A DNA stretch of 64,000 nucleotides. Source: Auanema rhodensis. Lineage: Eukaryota; Animalia; Nematoda. The notes under the pieces are model-generated. The model saw only the letters and a program-made list of their open reading frames with translations, made no database searches and was not told where the DNA came from. Below, piece by piece: positions 53,283 to 64,000 of this stretch. The stretch's first letter is position 1. Each line of letters opens with the position of its first letter. The DNA lies in the NCBI GenBank assembly GCA_964057225.1, contig OZ059895.1, positions 8,432,001 through 8,496,000 of the forward strand. Direction: 5' to 3'. The translations under genes were made by a program, and so were the position numbers.

Positions 53283-54645
53283 ATGGGTGATGTTCCAGTG
53301 AATGCTAATGCAGGATGTCCAGGAGTTGGTGCAGAAGGAGCTGGAAAAGCAAATAGTTGCGCAGGATGTCCAAATCAGGTTTTAATTAAAAATATTGTGT
53401 CGCTCTAAATTCTATTTTAAAGAAAAGTTGCTCGTCAGGTGAGGCACCCAAGCCTGATGATGACATTGCATTAATTCAGGATAGATTCCGGAATATTAAA
53501 CACAAAGTACTATAATTTATCTAAATTTAAACTAACTAATAATATTCTCAGATTCTCATTTTAAGTGGTAAAGGCGGAGTAGGTAAAAGTACTTTAACTG
53601 CCAACTTAGCTATAGCCCTAGCTGCTGATCCAACAAAGCAGGTTTGTTCTTTTCTGATGAGCTACAATTCTTCTTATTTTTAAGGTTGCTATCTTAGATG
53701 TTGATATTTGTGGGCCATCTCAACCTCGCATGTTGGGAGTTGAAGCTGAAACAGTTCACGATAGTGCTGATGGTTGGACTCCCATTTCCGTAAAAGATAA
53801 CCTTACTATAATGAGTATTGCTTTCCTATTAGGTATAGAATAGATTTAAACTTTAATTTTGTTTGTTTATTTGTCAATTTAGGAAACAAGAACGATGCTA
53901 TAATTTGGCGTGGAGCTCGAAAGAACGGTATGATCAAGCAATTCTTAAGAGATGTTGACTGGGGAGAGGCTAGTTGTTAGTTCAATATGATCAGAACCTC
54001 TATTTTACAGGTAGATTATCTTCTAATTGATACTCCTCCAGGAACTTCTGATGAACATATTTCCTTGGTTCAATATTTACTTCAGGTAAAGTTATTCAAA
54101 ATAAGAATTGAGTTCAATTATGATAATTTCAGACAGGTCCTCTTGATGGCGCCTTAATCATTAGTACTCCACAAGAAATATCATTATTGGATGTCAGAAA
54201 AGAGGTTGATATCGTTCTTTTTATATATTAAATGTATATAGAAGTTCAGATTTCTTTCTGTAACAAAACTAAAGTTCCAATTATTGGAGTTGTGGAGAAC
54301 ATGGCCAAATTTGTATGCCCAAGTTGTAGTCACACCACCATACTTTTCCCATCGTCTACAGGTATACATAACCATAATTTAACTTTTCTGTTTTGAACAC
54401 CATATTTAGGTGGAGTAGATGCTATGTGCAAGGAAGGAGATCTTGAATTACTCAGTCAGTTACCGTTAGAGCCAGAACTTGCTAAAGCTTTGGATAATGG
54501 AGAGAACTTCATCGAGGTGAATAATTCAAAGCTAAATGTATCTGTAAGGTTTGATTTTCAGAAAGCTCCTAATTCCGCATTAGCTAAAGCTTTCATGGAT
54601 CTTGCTGACAAGGTAAAAACAAAATTGGAAGCAAAATCTCAATGA
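53283..54645 (+). CDS. nubp-1: Cytosolic Fe-S cluster assembly factor NUBP1/Nbp35
   Basis: N-terminal CPG...CAGCPNQKSC cluster, [47 protein letters not shown]. Confidence 0.97.
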
Positions 54646-54835
54646 TGCGTTTAATGTTGGAAGAACTTATATTGTTTCACTTCATATTTTTTGTTAACTG
54701 TTGTAAAACTTTTATAAAAAAATAAATTCTTTATAGTTACATTAGAACATCAATTACAGAAACTGGTACTCATCCTTATACTTCAATTATCAGTTTGACA
54801 GAGAAAAAAAGTTTCTATAGATAAAATTGTATAAA

Positions 54836-56536
54836 ATGCATCGAGTTGTTGTAACCGGTATGGGAACAGTTACGCCGTTTGGCTCAGGAGTACAACAACT
54901 TTATAAATCGCTTGTTGCGGGGTGTTCGGGTTTAAAGTTCAATGAAAAGCTGGGCTTTATTGTTAGTTTTTCTTTATAATTATAATATTTGTTCATAATA
55001 CAGGTAGGATCGATAGATGATAATGAAGCTGATTTCAATAGATGGTCTGCTGGTCAAAAAAGAGAAATGAGCAGAGCTAGTCAATTAGCTTTATTAGCTG
55101 CTGAAGAAGTGCGTACGATACTGTTTGAAGATAGTCTAACTTGTATACATATCTAAGGCCTTAACGTCTGCAAATGCTTCTTCTCTTGATCATACAAACA
55201 CCCTTGTGAATATTGGTACAGGTAAATTAATTTTTTCAACAATCTTTCTTGTAAAAACGGTTGTATTTTTATTTTAATTGAAGGCTATTTTCTTCAAATC
55301 ATATTTTAGGAGTTTCCGATTTAGAAGCAATTCGAGAAACTTCAATTCTCATTCAAAATGGACAGACAAGGAAGGTCTCCCCGTACTTTGTTCCTCGAAT
55401 TTTGAATAACTTACCTGCAGGTTATGTAGCTATGAAGTAAGTGCTACGAATCGCGCTAGATAACAAATTGTTTCAATAGATATGGTATGATGGGAGGAGT
55501 TGATAGTAGCTCTACTGCATGTGCTACTGGACTTCATGCAATTGGTTGGCTATCTGACTAACTATTAGAATTTAATTCATCATAGGTAATGCTTTTCGTG
55601 CTGTTCGTCACGGATGGGCAAAATCCGCTTTAGCTGGAGCTACGGAAAGCTGTGTAAATTCAATTGCTCTAGCTGGTTTTGATCGGTACCTGTTGTAAAG
55701 TTTTTATCTTATTTTTAATTCTGTTTGTAGTATGAGAGCTCTAACACGGGGCCAGGATTCTTCAGCTTCCAGGCCGTTTGATAAGAGACGATCAGGATTT
55801 GTTCTTTCAGAAGGTGTGGGCCTTCTATTTTTAGAACGTCTGGATGTTGCAAAATCTCGCAATGCACCTATTCTTGCTGAAATTCTAGGATTTGGTATTC
55901 ATATGAAATCTTCTGAATCTTCTGAATGAAAAATAATATAGGAATATCATCGGATTGTTACCATATTTCGAGTCCTCATCCATCTGGAATTGGAGCTCAA
56001 TTGAGTATGAAAAGAGCATTGACAGATGGAAACATTGCATCTTCTGAAGTTAGCTATATTAATGCACATGCTACTTCAACTCCTACTGGTGAACTTTAGA
56101 AATTTCGAGCATCTATTCAAAGAGTAATTTGTGTATAGGTGATGCTATTGAATCGAAAGCTATATGTGATGTATTTGGAAAGAATCCTGTATCTGTCTCC
56201 TCATTCAAAGGTGTTGTTCTCGTTTAATTCAATTAATTATTAACATATTCAGGGCATTTTGGACATTTGTTAGCTGCTGCTGGAGCAGTTGAATCTGTTG
56301 GAACAATTGCTAGTATGCGAAATGACTTCATAATTCCTAATTTGAACTTAGAAGAAGTAGATGAGAATGTAAAAGCTAATGTTATTATGGAGGTTTTCTT
56401 CATTATACTAAACTTTAATTTTGCACGTGTATTTTAGAAATGCAATTGGATTGATGATCGTCGGATCTCAGTAGTCAATTCATTTGGTTTTGGTGGAACT
56501 AATGCAAGTCTAATCTTAGCAACATATAAAAATTGA
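54836..56536 (+). CDS. OXSM: Mitochondrial 3-oxoacyl-ACP synthase (OXSM/FabF-like)
   Basis: MHRVVVTGMG, STACATG (catalytic Cys), SRPFDKRRSGFVLSEG, INAHATSTPTGD, KGHFGHLLAAAG, NSFGFGGTNASL. Confidence 0.95.
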
Positions 56537-56661
56537 TTATTTCAATTATCTGTTTATTTGAAAATGAATTTTATTGTTTTTTTACTACTTTCATAATATG
56601 AATAAAAGTATTCCTTTAATTAAACTTTTTGATAAAAAACACAATATAAATGCAAAAGATT

Positions 56662-56733
56662 CTCCCCGGCCGGGAATTGAACCCGGGTCTCGCATGTGAC
56701 AGACGCGGATACTCACCACTATACTACCGAGGA
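56662..56733 (-). tRNA. tRNA-Asp (GTC)
   Basis: TCCTCGGTAGTATAGTGGTGAGTATCCGCGTCTGTCACATGCGAGACCCGGGTTCAATTCCCGGCCGGGGAG; 72-nt cloverleaf with A and B boxes, followed by a TTTT terminator. Confidence 0.97.
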
Positions 56734-58172
56734 CACAGAATAGGCAGATGTTGAAAAGTGCCATGATCAAAAGGCATTTTGCTCGTTCAAACTTCGATTG
56801 GAACTAGTTTGGCTTAGCACAACTAGATTATTCTTATAATCACCGAATATTTTATTCAACTTTAATAATTTTTTAAAGGAAATAAAGAATTATTTGAGCA
56901 ATATTTAGGGGTCAACACTTGAGTTTTAGGATTCTCCTGGTATCCAATAGATATGCAAATTATGTTCTCAATATGGGTGAGATTAGGTTTTATTCATAAA
57001 ACTTAGTTAATCACTCTGGGATAAACTATTAAAAGGTGAACAGGAAATGAGAAAATAGTATATAAGAATAAGAGAGAGGAAGGCGGGAAGAAAGAGATGG
57101 GGGGAGCGTAGAAGTAGGAGGAGTAAGAGCGATTGGAGGTAAACTCCACCCTCTCATTCACGAATGTTGTTCTATATGAATTCCCTTCGTATTGTCTGAA
57201 TCTAGAAATTTAAGATTCAAATTATTCTTGTCAAATATTTCATTTTTCATTCGTTAGTACAGTTGCAGACCTTATTTTACATTTTTGCACCACTGACCCC
57301 AAAAAACTGAGAAAGAGTAGACAATGCTATGAGAGGTCAGAAAGTGGGAGGAGAGCAAATGATGGCAAGATATACTGCAATTGACTTAGATGACAAAGTG
57401 ATAGCATTGACTAGAATTGAGGCATAATTACAATGCTGACCGACTCCACACAGGTCAGGCCTAAGAGAATCCGTCTTTTTACCACCTACCTGCACATAAA
57501 ACATATCAGATGAATACATATACACGTGCTTTCTCTCATTCCCTCTCTACATTCATCTCTACTTTTATTCTGCTCCACTTCATCAATATATGGTCATTTG
57601 CCTTTATGTGAATTCTCCATATCATAGGTAGATGCATGAATTTCATCGGTAAATCTACATACCACATCGTTTCTTTCTAATACTTTTTCGTTTTCCCATG
57701 CTTTTCTGACCAAAAACACATAACAAAACTACAAAAATCTAATCATACTCCTAACTTTTATCGGATTTTCGCCTACGACTATTGGCTGTGTCATCACTTC
57801 GTGAACTATTATCGCCTCGGCATTGTTGTCGTCGTCGGCATCGTTTCTATATCCTGGTCATCCTAATGGCCACAAACGTGCCGTCTATTCTGTCTCATCT
57901 TCAATGTCCATTCAAGCCCGTTATGGCCTCTATCCATGCCTGTTGTCCATTTTTTTTAAAGTCGAAAGCCATTGTAAGCTGCTTTAGTTGCTTCTTTGTA
58001 CTAGTTTTTCAAACTAAAGTAGCAAACTTCCTCTTTACTTCATTCAATATTTTCATTTTTATGTTTTCGTCGCTCATTAACAACCTTATGAAACTTGTTT
58101 CAACTTTGGGCTATTGTTCATATAAGCATAATTTCAGAGTACATGAATGAACTAATTCATCTATAAACTAAG

Positions 58173-61100
58173 ATGTGTATCATTCTATATCTTCTTACTA
58201 TTGTAGCATCTTCTACATGTTTCCCCTACGGCAATGAGCTACTCTCAGCTAGATGCCAATCGAGATGTCTTGAACAACTTCAAATTCGTTACAGGGTTAG
58301 TTCAGTTATGAATTCTCTTTATATTTTCTTTTCTTAAAATCTTGAAAACGTATCAAATTACCTTTTTAAAACTCATTTGATTATTCTTTTCGTTGTTCTG
58401 GCAACATTTTGGCAACAAAAGCTTTTACCATAAAAAGCTTTTCTCTTTTGGAAGGTATGAATAATCTATAAAGATGGCAGCCATCAAAATTCAATTCAGC
58501 TTTTCGTCATCATCATCTGCCTTTTTAAGTCAATTGAACTCCGAAACTTTCAATTTCATGTAGTTGCCTGCTTTTGAAACAGCGAGTTTCCGAAAAGCCA
58601 TTAGGCAGTTGTTTAATTTGTTGCTAAAAACCTTCAGTTTCTGCCGGGCCCATACACCACCACCCACTGCGAGAAAAAGAAAGAAAAAAAGATGAAAATT
58701 GGAAAATATTTTATGAGCAATGTTTATAAAGAAATAATTATTTCCGTTTTTTACATTAACTTTCACAGTTTTGTCTAGCTAAGATGTCACAGAAGTATTT
58801 AAGAACTCAAGTACCTGATTCAGTTTGACCATCAATGAACGATTTTGGCTAAAAGTATTGAGTAAACATAAAGAATTCTATAAAACTCTATTAGATATAC
58901 AGTTACAATGCGTATAACATATGTAATCTACTAACTATATTGATGAATGAATAAGGTAGAATGATGAGTATCACAGCAGGAGGTCAAACGTCATGCTTCT
59001 TGTAGTCTTCTCTCTTAATTTCTTTGGTTATTTCGCTCATATTGCTTTATTATAATCAACCCTAGATATATAATAGAGAATAAGTGTTCAATGAGATAGA
59101 ATTTTAGACAATAGAATGAACCTTATTAAACACTTCCGTTGCGTAATCATTAATTCTATAGAATTGCGTGTCAGTTTTGTCCTTAAACAACCAATTCTAA
59201 AATCAATTTCAATCACAACAAGCTTCGTTTTTTCATTTCGCAATTTTATGTTTAACGTTTCAACAACAAACAGCTATTAGACCCAATTCAAGCTAATGGA
59301 GACGTTTTTATTCATTTTCTTCCAAACCACATCCTATATTTGACCTTTTAGTCGGTCTCAGTTGCTGACGGCAACGAGATATACACTATTAGTCCAAAAA
59401 ATATTAAATCGAAAACTAACCTGAAAGTAAATAGTTAACAGAAACTATTTTAATTACTACTAAATATGTTTAAAAGATTATTTTTAAAGTAATTCAAGTT
59501 ATTTACGAACTTCTATATATAACCTGTTGTTCAAACCTCATCCTATCTATTCTGAAAGCAAAAATTTTCTTTGTTTCCTTCATTTCAAAAAAAAGATTTT
59601 TCATAAAATATTCTGAACAAAGGTTGTTACGAATTCATCAGAACATTAGTTATAATGAAGATTATATATAATATATATATACATAGATTTTATTATACAT
59701 GATAACATGTTGGTCATTCAAACCATACTAAACCATTTTTTTTCTTTCGTTGCAAGACTCATTAGTAAGATATTTTGCTTTCGCGGATTTTTCGGAAAGC
59801 TGAGTCATTAAGCAATGGTAAATCTGACATCTTACAGCCGGATTTATCCAGATGGTCCAAGTTGTATAGAGATGGAAGATATTTCAGCATACATTTAGGA
59901 AAAGTATATAGATGATGTAAACGAACTATAGAAAGTTTTCATTTTCAAAGAATAATAAAGAGATAACCTGTGTTCAAAGATTTTGTAATAAAAAATAAAA
60001 ATAAAAGATAAAATATATGTATATAGTAATGTATAACACAGGTGTTCGTTTACTATTTATCTCTATAAATTCTTTATATATCTCTCTTTTCTCTTTGGTT
60101 TTATTAACTATCTTTCGTTAAGTTATCTTTTAAGCTCAAAGAATGACTGACACTGCTCTTCAAAGGAGAAGAAAAGAAAGAAAATGAGTGATGAAGCTTT
60201 ATTGTATCTAAGGAAGTATCATCCTAACAAAACATTAAAGATACTTCCACTGATTTACGAGTAGCAGCTGTCATTTGGCAGTCAAATGAGCTAGTTTTCA
60301 ACAAAATTTTCTTTTTCTTCCTTCATTTGAAGCTCGTTTCAGTTTTCTTAAATATAAATAAGTCATCATCATATTACCTCATTTGTTTTTCCAATACCGA
60401 GGTAAATTATAATTATATGAAACCTTGTAATAGGTATTTTCTCATGTTCGGCTTCCTGCTATTATTTATTTGGGGGGAGGGGGGGCAGGTTTGAGGTGAA
60501 ACCTTTGACATTAAAATTTTTTACAATGAATGGTATAAGGAGGCTTAAGATTTCGTTCAGATTTATGAAGCCAGCTGGCGAAAATGTATTTTTGTTTTAG
60601 ATTCCCTTTTCCTTTTCATTACAATGACCTCATATTTGAGGAAAACTCCTATGTATTGAATGAAAATAAGATTTTTTCATCCAATAAAGTAGATGAAGAA
60701 GAAGATGATGGTGAAGATGATGAAGATTTTAATGAAATAAAAAAAAACTGTGATGTAGTATATTGAATTTTCTTAACTTAGAAGAATAGAACTATAATAC
60801 ATTACAAAACCACTGAGCAATTGGATTAGATCAAGAGGTTTCCGATATGAATATATCGGAATAGAGGGAAGGGATCAAATATAAGAGCGATTAGTAGCTA
60901 ACGTCACTAAATCCTTACTCAACTCACCAAATTCATATAGATTTACAAGAGAATATACCGCCAAGATACTTCAACTATTGTTGACGCAATACTGTTCTCA
61001 TGAAACCTTTTTTGTACAAGTGTCTCATACATTGATGGCTGATCCCTGTCACTATAACAGTATCCGATTCATAAAAAATATGCGCTCAAGTGGTCTAACT

Positions 61101-63773
61101 ATACGTATGTATATTCCAAAGATTATATTTAGATATTTTATTTTTTAACTATATATATATATTATTAATATTAATATTATTAAAATACTTTTGAACATTA
61201 CCACCATCATCGTCATAAATAACAAGAATTCTGAAGATATTCATTAAAGATTTTATAAAATAAAGAGTCTTCATGCATACATATTCCTTAAAAGGAAAAA
61301 TTTGTTTAGAAGATGCTCTTCAAAACATCATCGACATTGAGTGTTTGTAAAGAGCAAGCACAATCAATGTTGCTAAATGACTATCCAAGGGCCTTATGTT
61401 CAGTTACATTCAGTAATTTCAGGAAACTTTATTCTTAACGCTATTATAGGCTATTACAAGAGTATAAACGTCTTTCTATAAAGCTCTATTGTGCATAGAA
61501 ATTCAAATACTGCCGCTTAAGTTTGTCTGAATAGCTGCAGATCAAAAACGAATGTTTAGATGACAGTCTGCTTTCGGAAGAAGCTTAATAGCTTTCAGCA
61601 AACGAAAAATGAACATCAAAGAGTCGGCCGTACTAAGTATGATACAGCTTTATGATGGTAATTACATCTGATTTACGGATGTTGATTAGTTATTTTACGA
61701 CAACATTGATGAAAGGGTCATCATCACATGTTATATCATTCATCTGGTACTTCTTATTTCTTATCGAAGTTTGATTAGTTTTAACTATAATTCAACACTC
61801 AAAAACGGTAATTATGGCAACATTGGAAAACTATTTTAGAGCTTGAATCTTACATTACGAAACTAACTTATTAATTTATTATAACTTACACACACGAATA
61901 CAACACCACCGTTTCACATTCTTTTGAAATTTAAAATGAGATTCTTATATCAATTTTACGTGTAAATTCACGTATATTAAGACTTTTGAAATATTGTAAT
62001 AATGCCAAAGTATTGATTATTCATATTTAGATTAATAACAATATATGAATCATAATGGGTATATTTGTATTCACATTAGCAAACAATAGAAATTTATTTC
62101 TTAAGTAATTTCATATTTAAAATCATTTACTTAGCTTTTGTTATAAATTTGTTAAAAAAAAAAGATTAGTATTGATCATCAGGAAATCGGAAATTTTTGA
62201 ACAACTGATTGTAAATTCAGAATGAAAACAAATGGTCCAAACATATTCGCACCATGTCGTTAATCTTTATTTTTCATAGTTTAATATGAAATTTAATAGA
62301 AAGCGGCATTTTCTATGAAATAGTAAAAGATTAAAATCAAATAACATATAATGAACTTCCTCACCTATGCACATTGTGATAATCTAAGCCAGTTGTTCTA
62401 ATAGATTTCGAAGACATTGCTGTTGTTTAAGACGAAATATTAATTTCTTGATTTTCAGGATCATACTCGCCAAGACCGTCGAACATTCAAACATCATACA
62501 TTACAAGTTTGTCAGGAAGATGAGAAATGCTCTTCGGTAAGTATGGGGATTGTAATATTATAAATACTTAGATTTTAAAACTGCAGTATATCAACTATTA
62601 TTTGAAAAACAACAAGCTTAATAATAATAGAATAATGTGCATTTTCATTTAAATATTCACTTAATCACCATCAGATTATTAGCCAGATCAGCCCAGCTAT
62701 ATTGGGTAATGAACAGCAGATTCCAAATGTTCACGCATTGCAACTTTAATATTTGCTTTTCTTATTTGATATGCTGTCATGTGCTGTCTTTCTCAAGCAT
62801 CACAGGATCACGTAATCACGTGGATTTGCATATCTTCTGCTGTCTGCCTCTCTCGCTATCTTATGGTTACAATAAGGCTGTCTGTTCCTGACCCATTGTA
62901 ACAGATCACAATACTACGTTTAACCAGCATCCTCCCAAAATGGATACATATCTGTCATCATGTCATATAAGGGAAGTGCAAATATCTATGATCCAATGCA
63001 GAATAGCTAAATGAATAGCGAGTATAAACGATTCATAGCTCGAAGAAGGATAAAAATGAGTAATAAGAGTAGAGGGGGTTCAGCATGTAACAGGAAATTA
63101 CCTTAAGTAGAAATAAAAAATAGAAAGTATAACTTAAGAAGATTATATCTATCTATGTATGTATGCACAGATATTACGTATTTATTATAAATGCTTTAAC
63201 AAACAACAATTAACAGATAAGGTCAGGATGAGCACAAGAAGAAGGAGAAGGTATTACAGTTAGCATACCAAAGAGATTAGGATAAATCGCTTTTTACAAA
63301 ATTATTTGTTTTCCTGACTTATTCTTAGCATATCTATGCCATATTCATAGGTTTATGGCATATTTGGATTGTGCCTGCTTGCTAGTATATTCATCGACCC
63401 CTTAACGTTAAGATTTTGCAAATAATGTTTAGCACTTCTGTATTTTAACAATTTCTATATAAGGGATAAAATAAAATAATAAAATGATAGATAATATGAA
63501 GCTTTATAGCTGAAATAGTAAAAATAATGGATTGGAAGAATATTTTGGATTTAAAAACAACGCATTTGTTTATTCATAATTAATCGATTATTTTGACCTC
63601 GATTGGAATAAATTCATTCAATTTCAAAAAACAGGAAATAGCGGTTGTATATAATATTTTCAACATAAAATGATTATCCGTGTATTAATTAAATATTTAT
63701 ATTTCAGTGTCTACTTCCTTGTAAGTATTTTCATTCGCATGATTTCACTACATGTAAAATAGAAGCTTGTCAG
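58173..63773 (+). CDS. kal-1: Anosmin-1/KAL-1-like secreted protein, first three exons (continues beyond window)
   Basis: Exons 58173-58295 (signal peptide plus LLSARCQSRCLEQL), 62459-62536 (DHTRQD...VCQEDEKCSS) and 63708-63773 (CLLPCKYFHSHDFTTCKIEACQ) are all phase 0 with TTTCAG acceptors. Cys spacing resembles the anosmin Cys-box (ARCxSRCL...CxxCLxPC). WAP/FnIII domains are not visible in the window. Confidence 0.78.
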
Positions 63774-64000
63774 GTATTCACTAAATTTTTAGGAAAAAAA
63801 TCTTAATTTATAACAATTATAGACTCAAATTGCAAAAAAAGAATGTGATCGTTCATGTGATTTTCTTCAATATAGTTATATTGAAAAGTTAGGCGATTGC
63901 CCAACAGAAAGCAATTATTCACAATATGTTAGTTATTGAAATATGATTTCTTTAAAAACTTTTATTCTTAAAGGAATGTTCTGCTAGTTGTCACATGGAT

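Noticed and set aside
60584-60766. Acidic ORF (DEEEDDGEDDED) inside kal-1 intron 1
   Set aside because: Short GAA/GAT repeat without supporting splice sites.

Overview
AT-rich genomic DNA from a rhabditine (clade V-like) nematode, with many ~40-50 nt introns that fragment the ORF track. Exons were reassembled by hand. Genes in order: eef-2 (5' part, -), Claspin (+), mrpl-54 (+), a membrane-anchored cathepsin B-like protease (-), vps-20 (-), taf-1 (-), an F-box gene (-), a tail-anchored PTP1B/TC-PTP-like phosphatase (+), rae-1/npp-17 (+), ncs-2 (-). A ~20 kb non-coding region follows, then ercc-1, nubp-1 and mitochondrial OXSM (+), tRNA-Asp(GTC) (-) and the first three exons of an anosmin/kal-1-like gene (+). 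The most striking observation is at rae-1 (mRNA export factor). Four of its introns are 3-13 times longer than the local norm and base-paired. Two carry candidate poison exons, and a further ~440 nt multi-helix element lies downstream of the stop codon with an AAUAAA in a hairpin loop. This suggests an RNA-structure-based autoregulatory circuit or hosted ncRNAs. Other notable items: a duplicated, non-myristoylated alternative first exon for ncs-2; a structured eef-2 intron 1 with cryptic donors; relaxed splice signals (AAG/GAG acceptors, one GC donor). All structures were found by eye; no folding or database searches were run.
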